Shown one piece after another: positions 49,813-61,178 of a stretch of DNA of 64,000 nucleotides. Below the pieces are notes generated by a model that was given only the letters and a program-made list of their open reading frames with translations, did not search any database and had not been told where the DNA came from. Both the position numbers and the translations under genes were made by a program. Source of the stretch: Psammoneis japonica (taxonomy: Eukaryota); the NCBI GenBank assembly GCA_008632985.1, contig QPGO01000141.1, positions 1 through 64,000 of the forward strand, in the 5' to 3' direction. Within the stretch, counting starts at the first letter, position 1, and each line of letters begins with the position of its first letter.

Positions 49813-51813
49813 ATGAGAGCGATGAGAGCAGATCATAGCATTGTAAAATCGCCTCTTGTTCTGCTGCTGTTTCTGCTGGGGGCAACAACTGCGATTTTTG
49901 CTGCCTCCAGAAACACCTTGTGGTTGGCAGATGCCTTTGTTCTTCCAGTCAACGCAAGATGCTACGTTCAACCATTCAATACGCATGCCTGTCGCTCCTT
50001 TCATACTTCCTTTGATACAATCTGCCAACAGAGACTTTACCCAGATCGCAGACGAGTATTGTATATGTCAGGATCATCCATGCAGGATTTGGAACAAATG
50101 ACGGTCCAACAACTCAAACAATTAATCAAGGATTCGAATTTAAATGAGCGAGGACTCATGACTCGTCTCAAACGCAAACAGGATCTGGTTGATTTCTTGT
50201 ACGAAAATTTATCCGATCGAGAAGAAGAAGAGCAGCAACATCAGGATGAAAGCAGGAGTAATGATACGACAACGATGAGTCATCCAGCAGCACTCGATTT
50301 GAATGGATTTACGGAAAGTACCAATAGTGACAGCAACGATGACTATGCTGTACCAAATGATTTGAGCTATCAAGACTATGTGGAACGCTTTGAAGGATTT
50401 CTCGCAAACATTGACCCAAAGAAAACAACCGTCACCGAGGTTCAGCTCCGTCAAGAACACGCACAAGCGGCGTTTGATGAAATGTATGAATCCTTTGTGT
50501 TTGGATCGGAACATTTGGAACCACAAATTGACATTTACAACCTGTTGATTCGAGTCTATGGGATTCCGATCCAACCAAGGCCCGAAATGGCACAGTTAAT
50601 TCTCGATCGAATGGAAAGCTCTGCAACAACAACAAACGAAAAAGGCGATGCCAGTACTCCGTCCATTCCGTCACCCAATATCGACTCGTACATTCACGTC
50701 ATGGAGGCATGGGCTCATGACAACAAGCCAGAAATGGCAGAAGAAGTGTTTGAACGCTTGTCACAGCAGCCATATTTACAAGTCAACACGGAAGTATACA
50801 ATACACTCCTCAAAGCTTGGCTCAAGAGTCGGGGCGACGATATTGAGGCCATCAAGGCGGCAAGGGCTGAATCCATTCTTGATGAAATGCTAAAAGGCTA
50901 CAAAGAGGGTAATGCGGCGGTAAAGCCCACTGTCAAAACATGGGAACGAGTCATCAAGTGTGTCGCATCGGAACGAACGGACGATTCAACCGAACGAGCG
51001 TTGGAATTGTTGGAAGAACTCAAAGACATGGCACAAGACGATCCTACTTCTCCTGCTCCCAATACAGACGTGTACAATGCCGTGATTAGTGCCGTTGCCA
51101 AGAATCGCGACGCATCCAAAGAGCTTCAACAACGCGGATCCATGGCGGAGAGTATTTTGTATGACATGATGGACGAGTACAGAGACGGCAAAGTCGAGGC
51201 ACGACCCAACGTTGGTAGCTTTATCAATGTCATTCATGCCTACAGAGGATCACCGGACACCAAAGCAGGCATAAAGGCCGAAAAGCTATTGGAACTCCTG
51301 GAAGGCATGTCTGCAAAGGAACAAGACGACGCAATAACGGATCTTGAGCCTAACGACAAGATTTACAATGCAGTCTTGGATGTGGTGGGACGGACGCGAG
51401 ATCCAACAAAGTCGCTTCGTGCCCAACGCATCTTGAACCGCATGGTGGACCATAACGTGACACCGAATGTGCGGAGCTACAATGCCGTTCTGAATGCTTG
51501 TGCTTTTACATGGAGCAAAGATCCAAAGCAATTGATGGATGCCTTTCGAGTAGCAGTCGACACGATGAACCGCCTTCGCTCTTCATCTACGACCCTTGAA
51601 CCCGACGCTGTGTCATATGGGCTCTTCCTCAAGAGTTGTGCCCAGCTCATGCCACCCAACTCGAAACGAGACGCTGTGGTGGAGACCATGTTTCTCAAGT
51701 GCTGCATGGACGGAAAAGTGAGTGACTTTGTACTGCAGTCTCTTGCCGATGCGACGACACCACAAATGTACAGGAAGTTGACGACTCGAAATCAAAAAAG
51801 GAAAAACGGGTAA
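49813..51813 (+). CDS. Pentatricopeptide-repeat protein, probably plastid-targeted, with N-terminal SAP/Rho-N-like helix pair
   Basis: PNxxxYNAVI/L repeats; presequence ending LADAFVLP; LEQMTVQQLKQLIK...KRKQDLVDFL. Confidence 0.9.
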   Translation: MRAMRADHSIVKSPLVLLLFLLGATTAIFAASRNTLWLADAFVLPVNARCYVQPFNTHACRSFHTSFDTICQQRLYPDRRRVLYMSGSSMQDLEQMTVQQLKQLIKDSNLNERGLMTRLKRKQDLVDFLYENLSDREEEEQQHQDESRSNDTTTMSHPAALDLNGFTESTNSDSNDDYAVPNDLSYQDYVERFEGFLANIDPKKTTVTEVQLRQEHAQAAFDEMYESFVFGSEHLEPQIDIYNLLIRVYGIPIQPRPEMAQLILDRMESSATTTNEKGDASTPSIPSPNIDSYIHVMEAWAHDNKPEMAEEVFERLSQQPYLQVNTEVYNTLLKAWLKSRGDDIEAIKAARAESILDEMLKGYKEGNAAVKPTVKTWERVIKCVASERTDDSTERALELLEELKDMAQDDPTSPAPNTDVYNAVISAVAKNRDASKELQQRGSMAESILYDMMDEYRDGKVEARPNVGSFINVIHAYRGSPDTKAGIKAEKLLELLEGMSAKEQDDAITDLEPNDKIYNAVLDVVGRTRDPTKSLRAQRILNRMVDHNVTPNVRSYNAVLNACAFTWSKDPKQLMDAFRVAVDTMNRLRSSSTTLEPDAVSYGLFLKSCAQLMPPNSKRDAVVETMFLKCCMDGKVSDFVLQSLADATTPQMYRKLTTRNQKRKNG

Positions 51814-52039
51814 TGGTTGGAGCCGCAAATGGTGTTTCCGACTAATCGCTAGGCAATTTTTTATTATTAGATGTATCATTGATTGGACCGAAAGTGTCTA
51901 AAACGATTTGTGTGGGTAGGCTGCTAACAAAGACAGGGGTGCATCGTCATCGAAATAATTGCCAAAGAATGCTCTAATCCATCGCATTGCGCTTAAACGG
52001 CAGCACTTGACGATTGATCAAAAGCCAGAGAGCTGATAC

Positions 52040-53400
52040 AAACTTGCCACATGCCAAGAGGACAAACAAGTCTCGACAGACACACTCAAAGTCTCAATGG
52101 ACATGTTCCAATCAGTCTTGAGCACTCTAGCATGACTGGCACAACATGAATGCTCATTGGGCCTTGCACCATTGATGCACATTTGGTGACTTGTCCCTGT
52201 CCTCCCCCCCCTCTCCTCAAACTCACCAGTCAATCTCATGAGCATCCAGCCACACTCACCATGATTTGTTTGGCATGACTTGCACAACAAATGTCTTCAT
52301 CGGCACCTGTGCCATCAATGCATCTGGCCACTTTGACAACATGAACAGACAAGGGCAGTTTAAGACAAGTGGCACAGGTCATGCTCTTGAAGGTGAAATT
52401 GCATCTTTGATGGGCTCCAGCAATCAAAACTCAATTCTTGCAATGTTGATGTTGGCTTGTTGGGCTTGTGACAAACACTTGCAAATGCTCAGAATGGCTT
52501 GGAGAATGGGCCCACAAAAAAATCACAGACAATGAGCCACAAGCACATTTTGGCCCGGAGCAGCACAAGGTCTTTCTTTTGTGCCACTTCACCTGCAAAG
52601 TGGTGGCTCTTGTGCTGTTTTGTTGGATTTTTTCCACCTTGGGCAGCAGGGAGGGGTGTCATCAACCAAGCTGGTCAACTCATGAGCTTCAGCTCACAAA
52701 TCATGCACAAACTTGTCAAGGTGGTGCACAGGATTGTGATCTCAAAAATCTTTTGAAGAGGAGCTTCAACACACCTTTTTGGTGGAAGTGTTGTGGCCCT
52801 TGCCAAGCCCCAGTGGGTCACTTAAAAAGTTGTCTCTGTGCTGCATGGCCCAGTGACAACGCACCCAAGGAAGTGGGCCAGCACAACTGCCAAGACTTTT
52901 GTCTTCATCTCTCACCTCCAGCGCTGAATTTTTGTGACATTCTGCACAGGCATTATGCAGGAACCTGAACTGTCTCTCTCAGGTGTGTGACATCTTTTGT
53001 GCAAAGAAGCCAGCATTTTCTGTTGTTGGCAAATGAAGAAAGTGGGTTGGGGCCGCAGCAGCAACAAGGAAAAATGCTCATTTGGGCCATTTGCCATTGT
53101 GCATGTTGGGTCTTGTATGCAGGCCAGAGCTGCCGGCTGTGCAGCATCACTGGCTTTCATCATGTCTGCAGCTCCACCCATGCTTCTTTCACAAAGAAAA
53201 TGTCTCCGCTTGTGACTTGCACTCCCTCATCATGAAAGCTGAGTTTTGAGTTGCACAGTGTTCTGCCCACAAAGGTCCACTGTCATGCAGGGCCTGTGAT
53301 CCCGCATTTGTCCATAAAGACACACAGGTTTCAGGGAGCTTGACAGATGGGATGAGAAGGCAGATCCAGGCCGCATCAGCAAAAGCCATTGATTTTGAAG
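52040..53400. other. TpA-depleted hypermutated domain
   Basis: Few TA; TG/CA-rich. Confidence 0.8.
52128..52536 (-). pseudogene. TpA-converted fragments homologous to the GT11-like gene at 62175-63053
   Basis: DEDICCASHAKQIMVSVAGCS and NEHSCCASHA vs intact DEDFYYASHAQQIMVSTGGYS. Confidence 0.9.
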
Positions 53401-53688
53401 AAATCGTGAGCATCGCCGTCGAGCGGCCGATGCGTGGTGGTTCTCGCGGTCATTTCGGAATCTCCCTCCAACGAAAACTTCAACTTCAATAATGACTTCT
53501 CATCATGCCAGTGACGTAGAAATCTACACAAAGATTCTGAGACGTGCCAGTGCACGCAAAAATAAGCTTTGTCGCATTTCACCGATGCCGCGACTCGCAT
53601 GTTCTTCTGCTGTATTCTGTTCTCATACGTTCATTGTCATCCTCAGCTTCGATCCATTCCATCCATGTGTCCATACTACACTCGTGTC

Positions 53689-56010
53689 ATGATGAGTGGC
53701 TCCTACGAAAACGACGACGACAAGACGTGCGAAGTAGACAGTGATGGGGGGTTACTCGAATCTCATATCTTATCTTCACCAAACGCCTCTCCCGTACGAG
53801 TAATCGGTCGTGTAAGGCTACTCGGCGTGATGGTGGCCTTGGCTCTCCTTGTATTGCCCCCTCTCGAGAATGGGGCAATGGCGCAAGAATGCGTCGCATC
53901 TGTTCCTTCGAATTTTAAAGATCTTCCTCAGTTCGTCGACGAAGACCTTGACCTTGACGGCTGTTGCCTCCAGGACCCCGTAAAGAGGTGCACCGACTTG
54001 GAATTTTGCTTTGGAGTCATGGCATCGCACCCAACGGCATTTCACCACGGCTGTTGCGATGTCTTCCCCAGTTGTGGCTCGACTAAGCATCTCAACAAGA
54101 CGCTGGACAAGCTACAGAGATTTTCCTTGGCTGATCTCATGATTTCGGTCTTCATTTTCATCTTGACTATCCCGCATGTGTGGTTAGAATGCGCTGCGGA
54201 CAAAGCCGCGAATCAAGAGAACGAAACCAGGAGAATGTCGCTGGTGAAATACACTGCCATACTCACAGCAATCATTCTCATTCTTGAGATGGCTGATTTA
54301 GCCGTTAGTGCAGCAATTATATCTACGGTGCGAACCGCCGACTCTTATGGAAACATTCCATCCGACACGGCGGATAATCTCGTCAAGGCAGAATGCTACC
54401 ATGGAAACCGGGACGAATCCAATATCGATAAAATTTATGAGCAGTTGGTGCAGTTTGAAAAGCTTCAAATCGTGGAGCTGTCCTTTGAATGTGTTTTGGT
54501 TCTGTTGCATATTGCGAAGATTTGGTGTCTACACAAACGACCGAATACCGGGCAACAGCGAGAACAGGGAAGAGAGTTGGGAACAACGGCATCTACATAT
54601 GTCGGGGATACCATGGAGTTGATTCTGGCAGCAATTGCGTATGCAATCCTTCTTGAGACAACCCGAAGTTTCGATGAAATTTATCACGACATGACAAATC
54701 AGACTGCACCCAATGTTTGCATTCATACGTGTTGTTTTATTTCTGCTCTGAAGCTGGTTCCTTCACTGACTCCGACTACTCTCTCGCCCAGTAATGGCAC
54801 CATATCAGAAAAAGTCAGCGGATTGAAAATGAGGTTACTTGGTGTAACGACCGAGTTTGACGGCGCAGACTCGGACTTGTGGACGAGTGAGACCAAGGAT
54901 TTTGTCGAGGGCTATTTTGGCAATGCTCGCCGGCACACACGCAATTTACAGCTCGTCACCAACGTTCAAGATTTCAAAACCACATTGGAGGTAACAAACT
55001 CAACTATCGTGAACGGCGACAGTGGCAGTGATGATTCCTTGGAAATCACGTACAATCAGGCTGTCACGCATACAAGCAAGGTCAAAGTTTCGATCAGGAC
55101 CTTGGTAACTGAGCCGTTCATGTCTTCGGCTAACAAAGTGGCCTACACTGACCGCCTAAAGGCCGCAGGTGCCACAACAGGAAATGATATCTTTGCTAGT
55201 CTGATCGGAATTAGCCAGTTGGTGTCGGAAACAGAGATACCTACTCGCCCTCCGTCGATAAATCCATCACCACGTCCGACAAGCAATCCTGCACCACCCC
55301 CATCCATGCCACCTTCTATGCATCCATCAACACCTTCCCCGTCAAAACAACCTCCTGTGCCAACGCCCCTTGCACCCGTGCCACTTCCCACACTTCCGCC
55401 AACGCCTTTTCCATCCAAGCCACTCCCGACTCCTCCGCCTTCGCCATATCCATCCATGCCAATTCCCACCCCACCGCCCACGCCATTTGCAACGAACCCT
55501 CCCACTCCGAGACCTTCAAGAAATCCCACCCCGCCTCCAACACGCCCCCCTACCCCAAAGCCGACCAGAAATCCGACCAGAAATCCTACTAGAGATCCGA
55601 CCAGAAATCCAACTAGAGATCCGACTAGAAATCCGACCCGACGACCGACAAGATTGCCCACCCCGGATGGCCAACAAGCAACACTCCAAGCTACCTGTAG
55701 TAACGGGTACAAGGTCACCGGATCTTCCGCCAACGCAGTTGCCAATGGAGGAGTAACTGCTGGCGGGCAGACTGTTTCATGCGGAGAGCCATGGTGCCAA
55801 ATTAGGGGAGGCACATATACGTGTGAGATTAGGTGTGGCTCTGTCTTTATTCAAGGAATTCTACGACCATTGAATCCGGACTCTTCGTGTCTACCAGGTG
55901 GTGAAACATGGTTCTGGACAGTTGGAGGAAGTCAATGCGTAGACGAATGTTTGGAAACATGTGCCTCAGGCACAACGTACACTGATTGCAGGTTGGGAAA
56001 GCGAGGATAA
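53689..56010 (+). CDS. Multi-pass membrane protein with Cys-rich segments, SEA-like domain, Pro-rich/PTRN-repeat stalk and Cys-rich tip
   Basis: Long ORF; several hydrophobic helices; PTRNPTRD repeats; start codon uncertain. Confidence 0.85.
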   Translation: MMSGSYENDDDKTCEVDSDGGLLESHILSSPNASPVRVIGRVRLLGVMVALALLVLPPLENGAMAQECVASVPSNFKDLPQFVDEDLDLDGCCLQDPVKRCTDLEFCFGVMASHPTAFHHGCCDVFPSCGSTKHLNKTLDKLQRFSLADLMISVFIFILTIPHVWLECAADKAANQENETRRMSLVKYTAILTAIILILEMADLAVSAAIISTVRTADSYGNIPSDTADNLVKAECYHGNRDESNIDKIYEQLVQFEKLQIVELSFECVLVLLHIAKIWCLHKRPNTGQQREQGRELGTTASTYVGDTMELILAAIAYAILLETTRSFDEIYHDMTNQTAPNVCIHTCCFISALKLVPSLTPTTLSPSNGTISEKVSGLKMRLLGVTTEFDGADSDLWTSETKDFVEGYFGNARRHTRNLQLVTNVQDFKTTLEVTNSTIVNGDSGSDDSLEITYNQAVTHTSKVKVSIRTLVTEPFMSSANKVAYTDRLKAAGATTGNDIFASLIGISQLVSETEIPTRPPSINPSPRPTSNPAPPPSMPPSMHPSTPSPSKQPPVPTPLAPVPLPTLPPTPFPSKPLPTPPPSPYPSMPIPTPPPTPFATNPPTPRPSRNPTPPPTRPPTPKPTRNPTRNPTRDPTRNPTRDPTRNPTRRPTRLPTPDGQQATLQATCSNGYKVTGSSANAVANGGVTAGGQTVSCGEPWCQIRGGTYTCEIRCGSVFIQGILRPLNPDSSCLPGGETWFWTVGGSQCVDECLETCASGTTYTDCRLGKRG

Positions 56011-56011
56011 A

Positions 56012-56485
56012 GGAAAGCTCTGCAAGAAACGAAAAAGGGGATATCAGCACTCCTTTTCCCCTCACCCAATATCGACACGTACGTTCATGTCATGGAGGCG
56101 TGGGCTCATGATAACACGCCAAAAATTGTTGAAGAAGCGTTTCATCTCTTTTCCAGCAACCATATTTACAGGTCAAAACGGAACTATAATCCTAAAAGCT
56201 TGGCTCAAGAGTCGGGGAAACGATATTACGAAATCAAGGCGGCAAGACTAGAAAGAAAAAAATGAGGCGGTAAAGCCTACTCTCAAGACATGGGAACGAG
56301 TCCTCAAGTGCGTCGCATCGGAACGAAACGACGATTCCACCGAACGAGCTTGTTGGAAGAACTCAAAGACATGGCACAAGACGATACTATTGATACCGTG
56401 GCTCCCAATACAGATGTGTACAGTGTCGTTATTAGTGCCGTTGCCAAGAATTGCGACGCATCCAAAGAACCGCACCAACATCTCA
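56012..56485 (+). pseudogene. Fragmentary copy of the PPR gene (source ~50612-51130), not TpA-converted
   Basis: ggaaagctctgcaa...tcacccaatatcgac...aaagcttggctcaagagtcgggg...ttggaagaactcaaagacatggcacaagacgat are shared. Confidence 0.92.
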
Positions 56486-56792
56486 AAAGAATTGGACAAT
56501 GGTCGGTCAAGATTTAGTAGGACAGGGCATCAATGACAAGGTTGGCTCGTCCGTTTCGTTGGACGGAAATGGCAAAACGGTGGCGGTTGGAGCATGGTTG
56601 GTGCGCACTTAAGTCAAATCAAGGGCAACGCTTCAGGATCTGCTTATGTATTTGAAAGGATATAAATGATGATGTAACATAGACTTATGCTTCAAGATGG
56701 TGTACTCTATTAAAGTTTGGATGGATTTTGACTTTACCTGAAGCATGGAAAAACTTCTCGGCCATAGGGTTATAGCCATAAAGCTTGGCGTT

Positions 56793-57796
56793 CTAAGGTT
56801 CCAACCCATCCAACCAACTCTCCCAGCCATCTCTTGGACAGATCTGGTAGTTCGTGGGACACCAATCTAAAACGTTCATACGGTCGAGAGGAGAACTGAG
56901 CCCTACATTGGCCATGGCATCATTGATGCTCATGGCCACCTCATCTGGAAGCTCGGTCACAAGGTTGCGGCTAAAGACAAGACCAATGGAGTAAACCACA
57001 CCGGTTTCGCCCGCTGGTGAGGAACCACCGCAGCCAACAAAGGCCATGTGCTCATTGTCGTCATCAGATGGCATGCCATGTTGTAACATTCCACAAACTC
57101 CATCCCCGCAAAATCATACCGAAAAACAGCCACACCGGGATGTTGGGGTCCCCCGACAGTTAGCTCGCCTTCCAAGTAGCGCATACCCAGGTCTTCAATC
57201 AACCAGTCCAGGTGCCATTTAGTCTTGCGTGACTCGGCGTCATAGCCACTCATGTCAAAGGTAGAGTACGCACAGTCATAGCAGTCCGCACCATAATCGT
57301 ATCCCTTGACAATGTACCAACGGCCATCAAGGTGCTGCGGCGTCAAATCGTTTAGATTCTCGGGTACGGTAATCTGGGAACAAGACTCTGGAACCGTGGG
57401 ACCACATCCATCGTTTTCAAAGGCGCATCCCATTAACCGTTCGAAACTGGGAGGCGGTGGCTGGAACAGCAAATTGCACCGAAATGTACAACGAATGTAC
57501 TCGTCCCAATCGTCTTGATGTCCGTTGCATTGCGTGATACACATGAGTTGTTCACGGCACTGTCCATTGAGGGCGCATGCAATGGCTGGTAGGAAGCAAT
57601 GCTCAAGAATGCACCATTCTTCCGGCTCGTTGTTGTTGTCATCCTGGTTGAGCAAACGAAGGCCTTCACCACGTTGATGGTGGGTTTCCAGCTCGTCCCT
57701 GTTGCCACCAAGATTGCGCAACCCTGCAACCACTTGGGGGGTCGCCAACAACAAGGAGAAAAGCACCAGGCGAACAAAAGATACCGATGATTTCAT
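56793..57796 (-). CDS. Violaxanthin de-epoxidase-like protein (Cys-rich plus lipocalin); frameshift near 57075
   Basis: Signal peptide; CILEHC...C...C...CITQC...C...C pattern; LDGRWYIVKG...DCYDC lipocalin motif; C-terminus in ORF 56793-57089. Confidence 0.75.
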
Positions 57797-58749
57797 TGTC
57801 GTTTTGGTTTCGTCAAGAAAGACGAAAAGCTTCTCTTCTTTGATTGTAGAACGCTTTTTGTGTTAAGTCGCGAATTCAAAGTTTGAATTCAGCGATTCTT
57901 CTCAAGTTCACTCAAATTTCAAAAATAAAAATGTGCCTCTCATTCACGATGGCCATGGCAATTCAATGACGAAGCCAAGTCACAGACACAGCATCAGGAA
58001 GAGTTCACAACAAACATGGTGACTTGGAGCCATGACATCTTAAGCTTGGTGAGCTCTCAAGAGCAACGGTCCATGGTGATGCGGGGTTTGATTTGGCAGA
58101 CCAGTGCATCATGGTGGCTCTAAAGGCATGGATTGCTTCTTTTTCAGCTGTGAGGCAGTTTACAACCTAGAAACATGTGGCTTGTTTGCCCCATTTGCTG
58201 GCCAACACAACAAATTTAGAGGGTGAAGGATGGGACAAATGGGCCATTGTGTCAAGTCTCAAAAGCAGCTCAAGAGTTTCAGCCAACAAGAATCGTTGGC
58301 TTTGCAATTTGTCAAGTGAGTGCAGAGTGCATGCGTTGGGGCACCACATTTCCATTGTTGTTCCAGAGGGAACAGCAAATGGTGTTGATGTGGCTGATCA
58401 TGCAGCTGACATGTGGGTGCACCTTGACAATCTGTTGCACTGCAGTCTGAGATTGTGAAGTGAAAAGAACAACAACTTCAGTTTGCATTGTTCCATCACA
58501 ACAGAAGCACACAAGCTTTCCCTGGCTGTTTTGGGGCAATCAGGCAAGTGACAGAGGAGCTGCAGAAAGATGCAGATGACACCATTTTGATGCATGGTTG
58601 TCACGTGGTGTCATCGTGAGTTGCTGATGGGCATGTCATGCTTTCTGTTTTTGCACTGCGTCTGTGTGGGAATGTGCGTGCATGGCTCTTGTGTGTAGCT
58701 TCTGTGCAAAAAGTGCATCAGGCTCTCTCCAGATCGCCCTCTTAAGAGA

Positions 58750-59529
58750 CTGGAGGTGGGTGACATCCAAATTGGCAGCACTGTGTTTTTTTTCCCAAAA
58801 AGCACCTGAGTTGGGTGTGAAACATGCTTTCTCTTCAAGATGCCATGGCTGTTTTCTTCACCTCCCAAAAGTGCATCTCTGTCATCAAAAAGCTGTGCTC
58901 ACACGCACTCCTGGACAAGACTGTTGCCATTGAAGTGGACATCAATGAAGTGCAAAGCAAACCCACAGGTCATGTTGACCATTTTGGGTTTGGCTGTCAA
59001 AGTTGTGGTTTGTCAGAGTCAAGCCATTTCACATGATCTTTTCCAGTCAACAACATTTGTGTTTGTGTGGAGCAACATTGGTTGTTTTCAATGAGACCAC
59101 TGCAATGGCAAAACTGTGACACAGCACCCCAAGACATTGTTGCCCCACACAACTCTGCACATGGCTCGCCAACAATCCAGGGCACCTGCGGCTCTTTGGA
59201 GGAATGACAACAAGCTGAATGAGCGTGATCATTTTGTTGTCACTCTCTGGATCACAAAAATGGCAGGCTGCAAGGAAACATGGGCTGACTTTCAGCATTC
59301 CTTTGAATCAGTTGCAAAGAGTTTCATCAATCAGCACACATTTGTTGGAGATGACCAAGCAGCCCTGCAATCAACTTGTCTTCAACACCCAGACATTTGT
59401 GAGCACGTCATTCCTTTTGACCAAGTCAAGGACAACAAGCACTTTGGTTTGTGTTGTGTTGTCATTCACAATGGTGGTGATTTTGCAAACAAGTGGAGTC
59501 CACTGCCAGTGAACAAAACAGTGCAATGA
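58750..59529 (+). pseudogene. Degenerate HtrL/YibB-like gene
   Basis: MLSLQDAMAVFFTS...KKLCSHA; DLFQSTTFVFVWSNIGCF; FVGDDQAALQSTCLQHPDIC...HFGL resemble HtrL-like motifs (from memory). Confidence 0.5.
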
Positions 59530-60539
59530 GGACAATGGAGTCATGTGAGAAGAAAGCAGATTCAGGCAAAGAGAAATGCAATCACTGCATTTAAAAAAAT
59601 GATTGAAATTGGCCATTGCATTGGAGGCGCTTCTCAGAATTGACCTTTCTGAGGCAAAAAGATGACTCAGTGTGGCCATGATGACAAGGAAGAAAAGGTC
59701 ACATCTTTGCAAAGCAAGCGCACAACTGTGTGCACAAAGCAGCACGTGCTTTTGGATCTGTTGGCTCAAACTCTTGATTTGTGCACTGTGGGTGTCATTG
59801 GCAAGAGAGTCAAACACCTCTGCCTCACCAGAAGTGTTGCGACGCCACCGGGAAAGACCAGCTGCTTTCTGCATCATGGCCAACCAAAAGACTGGTGAAA
59901 CACATGTGCACACAGAGCCCAAATGTTGCAGCTCACTTGCCCAAGTCCAGTCAGAAGCACAAGCAGAATTCTCACTTGTGCATCCCTTTGCAAAAAACAA
60001 CTGCACCAATGTGACAGCATTGGAGCCAGACTTGGAAATCAGCCCATGGCACTGCTCTTGCTGTGCAACAGCAATCCTGCTCTCAGTTCATTTCACAATC
60101 AGGCACACAAATTGTGACCCTGCAAATGGGGTTCCAGCAGCAATGTGAACTCTTTTTTAGTCATGCTTGCCAGTTGTTGAGAGGATGATTTGAACTCTGC
60201 CTGATGGCCAATGGCAGTTGCAAGATGCGACACTTGTCAAGACTGCGGCCAAGCGCTCATGCTCCAACGGGGTTGAAGAAAGCCAGAGCAAAAGTCAACA
60301 ACACCCAGAGCCAGCACATGAAGAGCCACCTTGTTTGCAATGACACGACAAATCTCTCACATTGCTGCCGCAGTGTGATGCCATGCATTGGCACCCCACT
60401 TTCCACAAATGTGTGCACATCATTGTTGTCAGCACAAGATGCCTGAATGCAAGTTGCCATTTCTTGCAGCTCAGCAGAACCACTGGACGCCAACTTGTTG
60501 TTTGCATTTTGCAGACAAAAGGCATGACATGATTGACAA

Positions 60540-61178
60540 ATGTTTGTGCGGGGGCTCAAGACGTCTTGCAAGTCATGGCTGTTGTTGTCAGTGCTCACGG
60601 TGACACAAGGAGGGGGGCTGCAATTTTGTTTTGGGTCACAGACAAGACAGACGTCACAAGACAACATGAGAGGCAATTTCAACACGCTTGATGACAAAAT
60701 GGATCCCTCTGACATTTCAGTTGAGATTGAAGAGGCCCACAGCCCATGGGCAACATGATGTGCTGGACACAAGTCCCAGTTGGGCGTGTCTGAAGATGCC
60801 TTTCACGTTGAGGCACACCGAGTGGGACGGCATTTGTTTTGTGTCACCAACAATGACCGGCGCTGCAATCGGACGGTGGGCCTTTCTGTCAAAGCAGCGG
60901 TGCCACCTCCTGCTGTGGACCCCAAAGTGGAAGAACCGGATCAAGATCATGCGGCCGAACTGTTGGAGTGGTCGGAAGAAATCTTGGATGACTGGGACAT
61001 GTTGGCAGATCACTGTGAATGCACAAAGCAATGAGAAGTGCAGCATCGCAACTCATTGGAGCAAATCTTTGAACATTTCATTCAGTGGACTCTCTTGGAA
61101 GCCATCACATTGATTTGCATTGCCACGGTGCAAGTGATTCATGTCAAAAGGTTTTTCGAAAAGAAAAGGCACTTGTGA
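60540..61178 (+). pseudogene. emp24/gp25L/p24 (GOLD) cargo-receptor pseudogene
   Basis: One frame of 213 codons with two TGA stops; DHCECTKQ*EVQHRNSLE and tail WTLLEAITLICIATVQVIHVKRFFEKKRHL match p24 with Tyr->Cys/His. Confidence 0.88.

Noticed and set aside
55143..55814. Gly-rich antisense ORF
   Set aside because: Shadow of the Pro-rich repeat on the plus strand.
60540..61178. Alternative genetic code or TGA readthrough
   Set aside because: Neighbouring intact genes use Tyr codons and all three stops normally; the TGA at 61032 fits CGA decay.
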